Positions 19,759-28,445 of a DNA stretch of 64,000 nucleotides are shown one piece after another. A program made the position numbers and the translations under genes. The notes beneath the pieces are model-generated. The model did no database searches. It was not told the origin of the DNA and saw only the letters and a program-made list of their open reading frames with translations. Origin of the DNA: Candidatus Eiseniibacteriota bacterium (GTDB lineage Bacteria > Eisenbacteria > RBG-16-71-46); assembly GCA_963744995.1 (NCBI GenBank), contig CAVUWA010000004.1, forward strand, positions 387,970 through 451,969, read 5' to 3'. How positions within the stretch are numbered: position 1 is the first letter of the stretch; the number at the start of each line of letters is the position of its first letter.

Positions 19759-20892
19759 TCAGCGCTCCATGGCCAGCTTGGGCGTGCGATCGGCGCGGAA
19801 CAGTCCCCAGTGTTTCTCGACCTCCTCCGGGTGCGGTCCGCCCTTCCAGTTTTCGTCGAACGCCTCGAAGAAGAACGTCGTGGTGCGCGTGCGGTGCGCC
19901 CAGCGCCCGAGCTGGCGGTAGAACGTCCGCTGCTGGGCCTCGCCGGCGACGCCCTTCATGAGCCGCCCCTGCTCGCCTGCGGTGCTGCGCTGGGTCGCCC
20001 AGCCGGTCTCGCCGAGCACGACGGGGACGTGCGGATGCGCCTTTCGGATGGAGGCGTACGTCGCCGTGGTCCAGTCGAGCGCACGGTCCAGCAGGATGCC
20101 GTTCCAGAGCGGATGCGCGTGCATCGTGATGAAGTCCACCTCGTCGGCGACCGCGTCGCTCCCGGGCTTGTTCCAGAAGTTGAAGTCGTCGGCACTGGTG
20201 ACGGGAACGCTGGTCTGCGCGCGCAGCGTGCGCAGGTCGCGGATCAGCTGCTGCGCCGGGAAGCGATGGTCCGACCACGAGACCTGGGTTTCGTTGCCCG
20301 CGCTGATCGCGACGACTTCGTCGGGGTACAGGCCGGCGAGGCGGATCGCGGCCGCCACCTCGGCACGGTTGGCCACGACGTTCGCGGCGGAGGTGTCGAC
20401 CACGGCGCCGCCGGCATCCAGGCGCGTCTCGGGCGCGAGCCACACGCCGAGCATCACGCGCAGCGGCAGCCGCTCCGCGCGGATCACCGAAAGGATCGTC
20501 TCCGCGGGTCCGACCGAGTTGTAGATCCTGATGAGATGCCAGTGGCGCGCCAGGAGCCGCAGGTCTTCGCGGATCTCATCGCGCGAGGGCTGTGCGCCGC
20601 CCGGCGCCTGACCGTCCCGATGCGGGCCGTAGGCGATGCCGTAGCCGATCCAGCGCCCGCCGTCGCGTGGATCGAACGCGCGCCGCGTCGTCGTGGCGTT
20701 CTGTCCGGCACCCCCCGCGGGCCCGGCATCGCCGCTCTTCGCCTGGCGACCGGATTCCGCCGGGGGGCTCGGCGCGCCGGCGAGCTGCCCCGCTGCGGGG
20801 CTCCAGGCGCAGGCGGCGAGCCCGAGGACCGCCACCAGCACGGCCGGCCGCAGGCCCGCCCGCGTGCCTTCGCGGCCCCGGCACGGCTTCAC
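19759..20892 (-). CDS. GH17 beta-1,3-glucanase/transglucosylase, secreted
   Basis: IAYGPHRDGQAP, IRIY, AGNET (acid/base), GETGWAT (nucleophile), FEAFDENWK, EKHWGLF. Confidence 0.9.
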   Translation of the reverse strand: MKPCRGREGTRAGLRPAVLVAVLGLAACAWSPAAGQLAGAPSPPAESGRQAKSGDAGPAGGAGQNATTTRRAFDPRDGGRWIGYGIAYGPHRDGQAPGGAQPSRDEIREDLRLLARHWHLIRIYNSVGPAETILSVIRAERLPLRVMLGVWLAPETRLDAGGAVVDTSAANVVANRAEVAAAIRLAGLYPDEVVAISAGNETQVSWSDHRFPAQQLIRDLRTLRAQTSVPVTSADDFNFWNKPGSDAVADEVDFITMHAHPLWNGILLDRALDWTTATYASIRKAHPHVPVVLGETGWATQRSTAGEQGRLMKGVAGEAQQRTFYRQLGRWAHRTRTTTFFFEAFDENWKGGPHPEEVEKHWGLFRADRTPKLAMER

Positions 20893-22484
20893 TGGAGGAG
20901 CACCAGTCGGCCGGCGGTGCCGTTCCGGCCCGAGGTCAGGCGATAGAGGTAGACGCCCGGTGCAGGACGCAGCCCGGCGTCATCCCGCCCGTCCCATGCG
21001 GCTTCGTACGAGCCTGCCGGATGGACGCCGTCCACCAGCGTCCGCACGCGCCGCCCGCTGACGTCGTAGATGGCGAGTTCGACGGGGCCTCCGCGCGGCA
21101 GAGTGTAATGGATGCGGGTCGCACCGGTGGTCGGATTGGGTGCCGCCGCGGCACGCAGCGCCGCGCCGCCTGCCCCGGCCGGTTCCGGCACCGCGACGTT
21201 GCCGCCCTCGGGTACGAACGTGAACGCATCGAGCACCACCTCCTGGTTCGTCGCCGGCGGACCGGCGTACTGCCAGAGATTCAGGTGCACGCGGGGCTGT
21301 TCGGGGCGCGGAATGTGCGGGCCGGTGTAGTTCCAGCTGTAGATCATGTTCCCGGGCGACTCGTCCGCAGGGCCGCCGCGCCAGCTGCGGAACTCGACAC
21401 GGTCGGGCAGCCAGCGAAACGCGTGGCTCGTGAGCTCCCCGTCCGCGAACGTCGGATCGAAACGCCGGAGGTTGCCGGGGTAGTCGTACGGCTGCGCGAC
21501 GAACTGGGCTATTTCACGCGCCGGGTTGTCCCAGCGGCTGAACTCGACGTCGATCTCGTTGTACGGATTCCACCACAGCCAGCCCGGGTCGTAGCAGCGC
21601 CCGTACTGCCAGAGAAACAGCCCGAACACGATCTTCTGGTCGAGCTGGTCGAGTCGTCCGACGGTGGTGAAGACGTAGTCGCCGTAGCCGAGCGCCTGCT
21701 CGGCCGTCACCTCGGTGCTGTACCAGGTGTTGCTGAACTTCTTGACCGTGAGGTGGAGCGCACCGTTCGCGTCCACCCACACGGCGTCGGCGGTATCGCG
21801 GAACAGGCTCGGCCCCGGTCCGTAGTAGCCCGGCCCCTTCACGCGCCACGAGCGTCCGCTGAACGTGACCGTGCGCCCGCCGGGAAAGTCGTTCCACTGA
21901 ATGTCGTCGAGCGTGGGCGGACCCGCGTTCTCGAACGTCGCCTCGTCGAAGAGCACCGTGGGCTGCGGATCGCCCGCTTCCTGCACCACGGCGAGCAGCA
22001 GCCGCGTCTGCGCCGTGCCGGTGGGCGCCGGGCCGCTCTCGACCGCGTAGTCGATCCACTGGTCGGTCGGCGAAGCGGCGGTCGCCACATCGTACGATTC
22101 GTAGCTGATGAGTCCCCCGCCGCCGTCACGCCACTCGATGTTGAGGATCGCCCGCGAGCCGCCGGTGAGCGGCTGGGAGGACGTGTTCCAGACGCGCACC
22201 GACGCCTGCCAGCGCTCGCCCGGCGCCGTGTCGAACGGCTGCCAGTAACCGGCGACCGAGAGGCTGCCGGTGTTCGGGCCGGAGACGCGCGCCGACCTGT
22301 GGCCGTGCGACGCTTCGGTGGATGAAGTGGTCGGGCCGAACTGGTACCAGCCGCCGAACGTGGTTCCCGACCCGGACAGCTCGAAGCTCGGATTGGCGAG
22401 CAGACACTGGGCCCCCGCGGGCGCGGCCAGGGCCAGACCGGCCGCGGCGAGGGCGGCGATCAGGCTGCGTGAAAGGAAACCCAT
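20889..22484 (-). CDS. Secreted protein: CBM4_9-like module, divergent GH16-like domain and FlgD-Ig C-terminal domain
   Basis: LLANPSFE start of CBM; LGYGDYVF and NEIDVEFSRW GH16-type catalytic motif; IYDVSGRRVRTLV...WDGRDDAG tail. Confidence 0.72.
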   Translation of the reverse strand: MGFLSRSLIAALAAAGLALAAPAGAQCLLANPSFELSGSGTTFGGWYQFGPTTSSTEASHGHRSARVSGPNTGSLSVAGYWQPFDTAPGERWQASVRVWNTSSQPLTGGSRAILNIEWRDGGGGLISYESYDVATAASPTDQWIDYAVESGPAPTGTAQTRLLLAVVQEAGDPQPTVLFDEATFENAGPPTLDDIQWNDFPGGRTVTFSGRSWRVKGPGYYGPGPSLFRDTADAVWVDANGALHLTVKKFSNTWYSTEVTAEQALGYGDYVFTTVGRLDQLDQKIVFGLFLWQYGRCYDPGWLWWNPYNEIDVEFSRWDNPAREIAQFVAQPYDYPGNLRRFDPTFADGELTSHAFRWLPDRVEFRSWRGGPADESPGNMIYSWNYTGPHIPRPEQPRVHLNLWQYAGPPATNQEVVLDAFTFVPEGGNVAVPEPAGAGGAALRAAAAPNPTTGATRIHYTLPRGGPVELAIYDVSGRRVRTLVDGVHPAGSYEAAWDGRDDAGLRPAPGVYLYRLTSGRNGTAGRLVLLQ

Positions 22485-22584
22485 GCGTCCGTCCTGTGCG
22501 GATAGTGCGCCGCGGCCCGGCGCGGATTCGAATAGGGACCGCGGACCTTGCACGTCGCGGATCCTGCGGTCATGTCCCCGCGAC

Positions 22585-22618
22585 GAAAACCCGGCCCCAC
22601 GCAGCGGCGGGGCCGGGT
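22585..22618 (-). terminator. Intrinsic terminator/attenuator after the 22674-23393 gene
   Basis: 10-bp stem ACCCGGCCCC/GGGGCCGGGT followed by a short T run on the minus strand. Confidence 0.5.
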
Positions 22619-22673
22619 CTCGTGACGGCGTCCTGCCCATGCCGTCCGCGCCCGGCGCGGACGGGCTCCCCCG

Positions 22674-23393
22674 CTACCGGTACAGCTGCTTCACGCGACC
22701 CCAGGTGGTCGTCTCGACCGGCGTGGCGCCGCCCGAGGTGAAGTTGATGTTGTCGTAGAACACGCCCGACGGGACGTAGTTCGTGGTCGTGTTGGAGAAG
22801 CCGATCTGCAGGAGCTGGCCGGCGAGAACCGGGCTGATCAGGAGCTGGATCTGATAAGTGCCCCACGACTGCGGCAGATTCGTCGTGTCGAGCGTGAGGA
22901 AGTTGGTCGTCGCGTAGCCGGCGTTGGGATCCAGCGTCTTGATGAACGCGAGTGCGGTCGTCGGCGGCTGCAGATCGCCGAGCTTGGCGTCGAACTGGAA
23001 GGTCCACTGATTGCCGACGTCCGCGGCGCCGATGGTCTGCTCCTGGAAGACGTTCGACTCGATGTAGTTGCCGATACCGTGGTCGGTGTTGTTGTAGTCG
23101 CTGAACACCACCAGCTGCTGGTTGCCCTGCGCGGCGCCGCCCTCGCCGATGGCGACGTTGCAGAAGCCGCCCGAGCCGTTGGGCGCCGGGAACACGCCAT
23201 AACCGTACAGGTAGACCATCGCCGGCGAGAACACGTTGGCGAACACCAGCCAGCCGGCGTTGCCGAGCGCGGCCGGATCGGCCTGATTGAGTCCCTCGAA
23301 GTTTTCGCTGTACGGAGCGAGGTCGGCCTGGCCTGCCACGGGAGCGAGACACAGCATGGCCGCGATGAGGACGGTGGTAGCGCGAGCTTTCAT
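22674..23393 (-). CDS. Secreted protein: unknown domain (paralog of 15187-16200) with a C-terminal TWGRVKQLYR tail
   Basis: Signal peptide; LAPYSENFE...YLYGYGVFPAPN...PSGVFYDNI; ends TPVETTTWGRVKQLYR. Confidence 0.85.
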   Translation of the reverse strand: MKARATTVLIAAMLCLAPVAGQADLAPYSENFEGLNQADPAALGNAGWLVFANVFSPAMVYLYGYGVFPAPNGSGGFCNVAIGEGGAAQGNQQLVVFSDYNNTDHGIGNYIESNVFQEQTIGAADVGNQWTFQFDAKLGDLQPPTTALAFIKTLDPNAGYATTNFLTLDTTNLPQSWGTYQIQLLISPVLAGQLLQIGFSNTTTNYVPSGVFYDNINFTSGGATPVETTTWGRVKQLYR

Positions 23394-23511
23394 TTCTCTG
23401 CCCTTTCGCTGGTGAGAAATCGGATGAAGCGGGTGAGACCGGTCGTCGCGGAGCCTGCATCCGCTCGCCTCGAGGGCGTGGCGTTGCCCGACTTGCGTGC
23501 CTCAAGGCTAC

Positions 23512-23536
23512 ACTATGTTCGATAGGCAAACAAAGT
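23512..23536. promoter_or_regulatory. ROK-family operator, copy 3
   Basis: ACTATGTTC-GATAGGC-AAACAAAGT upstream of the minus-strand 23393-to-GH149 operon. Confidence 0.7.
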
Positions 23537-23767
23537 CCAAAGATGCGATTTCGCCTGGTCCTCCGGTGGTAGTCCGGGCCTCCAGCCCGACCCGCGCCGC
23601 CCGACGCCCTAACCGACTGTTGCGGAACGGGTCACGGCCGCGACTTCGGAATCCGGTCCGGGCCGGCCTGCGCGCCCGGCGCGCGCCGGCAGCGTTGCCC
23701 GCCCGCGCGCCGCTGTGCGAGGCTGGCCGTGCCGCTCCCTCCTCGAGACCTTCTAAGGAGATTCACC

Positions 23768-24463
23768 ATGGCCCGCACTTCGACCCCGTGGACGGCGCTC
23801 GCGCTGTGCGCCGCCGCCCTGCTGTCCTACGCCCGCCCGGCGCAGGCGGTCGGCTGGGAGGCCGGCGGTCACCTGGTCTATGCCGAACCGCGCGCCGATT
23901 TCGCCGCCGTGATCGACCAGGGCTTCGGCATTCAGGGCTTCGGCGTGCTGCTGCTCGACCCGAGCGGATTCATCGGCCTGCGCCTGGACGGCGGCTTCCT
24001 CAACTACGGCAACGAAACCGTGCGCGTGCCGCTCAGCAGCACGGTGCGGCGAATCCTCGTGGACGTGAACACCTCGAACAACATCGCGATGCTCGACATC
24101 GGCCTTCAGGTCGCGGCTCCGGACGGCCCGGTGCGACCGTACCTCTACGGCAGCGTCGGAATCGGATACTTCTTCACCGAGTCGTCGGTCAAAGGTTCCA
24201 ACACCTCGGACGAACCGTTCGCGAACACGCGCAACTTCGACGACACCACCACCGGGGCCGCGCTCGGCGGCGGCCTGCGCGTGCCGGTGTGGCAGACGCT
24301 CAGCGTGGACTTCGGCGTGGAATACCGCCGCTACCGCAACGCGCGCTACCTCACCGAGGGCGACATCATCGAGGAGTCCGACGGCAGCGTGACCCTGCGC
24401 GTGCACGAGAGCGACGCGGATCTCGTCGTCTACCGGCTCGGGGTCGTCTTCCGCGCCCCGTAA
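23768..24463 (+). CDS. Outer-membrane beta-barrel protein (OmpA/OMP_b-brl-like)
   Basis: AAGGAG RBS, signal peptide, VRPYLYGSVGIGYF, C-terminal YRLGVVF strand. Confidence 0.75.
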   Translation: MARTSTPWTALALCAAALLSYARPAQAVGWEAGGHLVYAEPRADFAAVIDQGFGIQGFGVLLLDPSGFIGLRLDGGFLNYGNETVRVPLSSTVRRILVDVNTSNNIAMLDIGLQVAAPDGPVRPYLYGSVGIGYFFTESSVKGSNTSDEPFANTRNFDDTTTGAALGGGLRVPVWQTLSVDFGVEYRRYRNARYLTEGDIIEESDGSVTLRVHESDADLVVYRLGVVFRAP

Positions 24464-24670
24464 CGAGCCGCCCGTGCGCGTTGCCCCTTCGTGGTCACTC
24501 AGCGCCGAACCCTGCTGGCGCGGCGGGATCGGGCCGGGCTAGGCTCGCCGGGGTTGCGGCCATGACGGCCTCGCGGGGTCGCGACCCCGCGGGGCCGCGT
24601 CCGGGCGGCGGGCGGCACACGGACGCCGGACGACGACGACCGGCGCCATGTCCCAAGAAGGAGGAACACG

Positions 24671-25651
24671 ATGAGCTGGGTGGGTCGCGTGGTACGCGTC
24701 CTGGGGGTGCTGGTCGTGCTGGGTCTCGCGGGCTTCGCCGTGTTCGTGGCGACGCGCCAGCACCTGAACTTCGACGACACGCCACTGCCGGCGGTGGCGG
24801 CGAGCGCCGACTCCACGGTGATCGAGCGCGGCCGCTATCTGGTGCGCAACGTGGCCGACTGCGCGGCGTGCCACGGCGCCCCCGGCATGCTGGGCAAGGT
24901 GCCGATCGATTCGCTGGCGCTCTCGGGTGGCTATGCGTTCCACATCCCGCCTGGAACGTTCTACGCGCGCAACCTCACCCCCGACGTCGAGACCGGCACC
25001 GGCGGCTACAGTGACGGCCAGATCGCGCGGGCGCTCCGCTACGGCGTCGGACACGACGGCCGCGCACTGCTGCCGTTCATGGAGATGCAGGGCCTCGCGG
25101 ACGACGATCTGGTCGCGATCGTGTCGTACCTGCGCACGCAGCCCGCGGTGAAGAACGCGGTGCCGATGCACGACTACACCATGCTCGGCCGGATCGTGAA
25201 GGCGACCGTGCTCGCCCATCCGGTGGGGCCCGCCGAGACCCCGCCGCACGTCGCGCCCCGCGCGGTCGGCATCGAGACCGGCCGCTACCTCGCCGGCTCG
25301 GTCGCCAACTGCTGGTCGTGTCACACCGAGCGCAATGCGAACACCGGCGAACTGATGAAACCGAAGTTCAGCGGTGCGCATACGTTCATCGAGTCGTCCG
25401 GCGGCAAGCTGTGGGCGCCCCCCAACCTCACGCCCGACCCGAAGACCGGCCGCCTGGTCCACATGTCCGAAGACGATTTCGTCGCGCGCATGCGGCAGGG
25501 CCGCCTGCTGCCGGATTCGCCGATGCCTTGGGAGGTCATCCGTCTGATGAGAGAGGATGATCTGCGCTCGATCTACCGGTTCCTGATGTCGCTGCCCCCG
25601 GTCGAGAACGACGTGGGCCCGCCGGTGCGCGAGGCCGGCAGGGCCTCGTAG
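24671..25651 (+). CDS. Membrane-anchored di-haem cytochrome c
   Basis: Two GRYL...CxxCH motifs (CAACH, CWSCH), two NLTPD motifs, N-terminal TM helix. Confidence 0.9.
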   Translation: MSWVGRVVRVLGVLVVLGLAGFAVFVATRQHLNFDDTPLPAVAASADSTVIERGRYLVRNVADCAACHGAPGMLGKVPIDSLALSGGYAFHIPPGTFYARNLTPDVETGTGGYSDGQIARALRYGVGHDGRALLPFMEMQGLADDDLVAIVSYLRTQPAVKNAVPMHDYTMLGRIVKATVLAHPVGPAETPPHVAPRAVGIETGRYLAGSVANCWSCHTERNANTGELMKPKFSGAHTFIESSGGKLWAPPNLTPDPKTGRLVHMSEDDFVARMRQGRLLPDSPMPWEVIRLMREDDLRSIYRFLMSLPPVENDVGPPVREAGRAS

Positions 25652-25855
25652 CGCCCGCCCCTCGCTCGCGTCAATTTCCGGTGAAAGAGTGCCTTCGGGT
25701 GCGGCGTTCCGGCCGATCGCCGCGTCCAAAGGAATGCGGCGGTCGGCGCGATGGCGCGGAACGCCGCTGTCGCCGCGGCGGAACGGGGCGCGGCCGTCCG
25801 GCGACATCGAGCGGCTCGTCTTCCGCGCCGCTGCAGAAGGATGGACGGTTCGACC

Positions 25856-26443
25856 ATGAAGGCTCTTACCGCAGTTGCCGCCGCGCTGCTGACGCTCGTG
25901 GCGTCGCACGCATTCGCCCAGAGCGTGGACCAGCCGAAGAACGAGGCCTGGGAAGGGCCCTCGACCTCGGTGCAGAAGACCCCGCTGACGCCCGACCCGC
26001 TCGACGCCGACGCGGCGCAGATCAACCCCGGAGATCCGCTGCCGGACTTCCAGGTGGCCAGTTCGCTCGATCGCAAGGTGCGGCCCGGCGACCTGCGCGG
26101 CCACTGGTCGGCATTGGTGTTCGACGAGAGCCCGCGGCCGTTCGTGCCGATCGAGGCCCTTGCCGATTCCCTGCAGGCGCTGCACGTGACGGTCTACGGG
26201 ATCTCGCGCGCCGACTCGCTCGCCGACACCGGTGCGAAGCCGCCGACGCGTCTCGTGCTGCTCGCCGACCCCGACGCAGACATGGCGCGGTCGTTCGGGA
26301 TGTACGACGCGACCACGGACCGGATCAAACAGGGCCTGCTGGTCTCCGATCCGCGCGGGGTCGTGCGACTCACGCTGCCCGGCGCGAGCATGGATCCGGC
26401 CCGGTTGCTCGGCATGATCCGCTACGCGGTGCAGGGCACCTGA
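25856..26443 (+). CDS. Secreted redoxin/AhpC-TSA-fold protein without cysteines
   Basis: PGDPLPDF, DLRGHWSALVF, VYGISRAD, LLADPDADMARSFG, DPRGVVR. Confidence 0.6.
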   Translation: MKALTAVAAALLTLVASHAFAQSVDQPKNEAWEGPSTSVQKTPLTPDPLDADAAQINPGDPLPDFQVASSLDRKVRPGDLRGHWSALVFDESPRPFVPIEALADSLQALHVTVYGISRADSLADTGAKPPTRLVLLADPDADMARSFGMYDATTDRIKQGLLVSDPRGVVRLTLPGASMDPARLLGMIRYAVQGT

Positions 26444-26582
26444 CGCGACGGCGCGGCCGGCGGGGGGCGGAAATCGGTCGGCGACTCGGTTTTGACGTCT
26501 TTTGCTTGGAAACGCCGCGCATGAACGCTAACCTCCGGGGTGAACCGTTGATCGACCACATCGCCCCGAGGGGGTTCATTCG

Positions 26583-27755
26583 TTGAGTGCCGCTCCATAC
26601 GGCATGAAGTTCGAGGCGATTTCCGCGTACGTTCCCGAGCAGGTCTGGAGCAATGCACGCGTGGCGGCCCGACTGCGTCTCGAGCGCATGCGGATGAGGG
26701 CGGCGGATCCCGAGCCGCTCACGCGCGAGTCATCGCAGCTGTTCGAGACCAGCGATCGCTGGGTGCGACGCTTCATCGGCTTCAGCGAGCGTCACTTCTC
26801 CCCGGAAGGTGAAGGCACCATCGATCTTGCGCGCCGCGCTGCGCTGGACCTGTTCGAGCATGCGGCGGCGACACCCGGGGACGTGGACGCGATCATCGTC
26901 GCGAGCGTCACGCCGTCCTACCTCTACAGTCCGCCCGACGCCGCGCTGCTGCAGGACGCGCTCGGCATCCCGGTCTGGAACGGGCCGGTGCCCCGTCCGC
27001 TGATCGGCGCGGACGTCTCGCTCGCCTGCAGCAGCTGGGTGACGTCGCTGATGCTCACCTACGCCCTGATCCGCGCGGGCATGGCCGAACGCGTCCTGCT
27101 GGTGGGCGCGGACCGCATGAGCGCCACCATCAACTGGCGCGACCGCGGGTTCGCCACGGTGCTCGGCGACGCGGGAACCGCGACACTGTGCTCCGCCGTG
27201 CCCGAACAGGAGGACTGGTTCGGTCCGCAGCACTTCTGGGAATGGCTCGACGGCGGCCACGCCGACACCATCCTCACGCCGGCCGGCGGATCGCGGCATC
27301 CGCATCCCACGCCCGACGAAATCGCGGCCGGCGCCGATCGGCTGGCGATGGACGGCGCGGCGGTGCGCAAGCTCATGGTGCCGTTCGTCGGCGGACCCGC
27401 GATGGACGCGGCGCTGGCGCGGGCCGGCTGGACGATGCAGGACCTCGACCTGGCGATCCAGCACGAGGCGAATCCGACGCTCAACGCGTCGATCGTGGAT
27501 TCCTGGCGCGAGCGCGGGTTCGGCGGCAAGGTGCTGGATGCGGGCGGCCGGTTCGGCAACACGACGAGCGCGTCGATTCCACTCGCGCTGGCGCTCAACC
27601 CGGACGATCTCGTCCGGGGTCGCCGCTTCGGCGTGGTCGGCTATGGCGGCGGGCTCTCCGCGAGCTTTGCCTTCGGCACGATCCGCCATCCACTCACGGT
27701 GTCGGCCAACGCGACGCGTGAAGAACAGGGCGCGGCGACGACGCAGCACGCCTGA
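26583..27755 (+). CDS. 3-oxoacyl-ACP synthase III (FabH-like) ketosynthase
   Basis: DVSLACSS (Cys), LGDAG, HEAN (His), GNTTSASIPL (Asn), GYGGGLS. Confidence 0.88.
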   Translation: MSAAPYGMKFEAISAYVPEQVWSNARVAARLRLERMRMRAADPEPLTRESSQLFETSDRWVRRFIGFSERHFSPEGEGTIDLARRAALDLFEHAAATPGDVDAIIVASVTPSYLYSPPDAALLQDALGIPVWNGPVPRPLIGADVSLACSSWVTSLMLTYALIRAGMAERVLLVGADRMSATINWRDRGFATVLGDAGTATLCSAVPEQEDWFGPQHFWEWLDGGHADTILTPAGGSRHPHPTPDEIAAGADRLAMDGAAVRKLMVPFVGGPAMDAALARAGWTMQDLDLAIQHEANPTLNASIVDSWRERGFGGKVLDAGGRFGNTTSASIPLALALNPDDLVRGRRFGVVGYGGGLSASFAFGTIRHPLTVSANATREEQGAATTQHA

Positions 27756-27767
27756 AGCGCCTCCGCA

Positions 27768-27803
27768 AACGAAAGGGGCGGCTTCCTTGCGGAAGCCGCC
27801 CCT
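27768..27803 (-). terminator. Intrinsic terminator of cspA (possibly bidirectional)
   Basis: AGGGGCGGCTTCC-TTGC-GGAAGCCGCCCCT perfect hairpin with TTCGTTT on the minus strand. Confidence 0.75.
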
Positions 27804-27830
27804 GCGACGCGAGGTGGTACCCCGAGCGTC

Positions 27831-28031
27831 TTAGGCCTTGCGGACGTTCGACGCCTGCAGACCCTTCGGTCCACGGGTCACGTCGAATTCCAGCGCCTCA
27901 CCCTCGGCGAGCGTCTTGAAGCCGTCGCCGTTGATGGCCGAAAAATGGACGAACACGTCCTCGCCATCCGTCTGGGAAATGAAACCAAAGCCCTTCGCCT
28001 CGTTGAACCACTTCACGGTACCGGTAGCCAA
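27831..28031 (-). CDS. cspA: Cold-shock protein
   Basis: [44 protein letters not shown] start after AGGAG; 66 aa. Confidence 0.95.
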   Translation of the reverse strand: MATGTVKWFNEAKGFGFISQTDGEDVFVHFSAINGDGFKTLAEGEALEFDVTRGPKGLQASNVRKA

Positions 28032-28445
28032 TTGCCAACTCCTGTTGAACTCGGATCTGAAAGACCCGTCTTTGCCGCGATGAGTCGCCGCGGCTGCGTT
28101 CGTTCGGTGTGAACGTTGTCCAGGTTGCTGCGGAATGCGCGCCTGCGAAAATGGGCCTCCAGAGAAGTCCCTGGTGGCCCTGAGAACGCGGACGGCACAT
28201 TCGCACACAACCGAAGACAGACGGAGTATCGGAGAAGCGGGCGGTAAAAGATAGCGAAATCGACCGGGCCGACCGGAGCCCGGGGGCGCGGCTCCAACCT
28301 CCAGCGGCAGCAGCGGTTGGGTGGCGGGCCGGGACCGGGCCGCCCGGGCGTCGCGGCGCTTCTCGACTTCGGGATTGCGAAACCGGGCCCGGAATGCGGC
28401 CGGGCTCCGGGGCCCGGCGCCTCGCAGGCCGGACCTGTGCGCTCG

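Noticed and set aside
9736..19921. Long plus-strand ORFs 9736-12768, 12792-14066 and 16472-19921
   Set aside because: Antisense shadows of motif-bearing minus-strand genes; Arg/Val/Gly-rich with no motifs.
26583..27755. FabH-like gene as part of a secondary-metabolite cluster
   Set aside because: No ACP, PKS or tailoring genes adjacent; it appears to be a stand-alone paralog.
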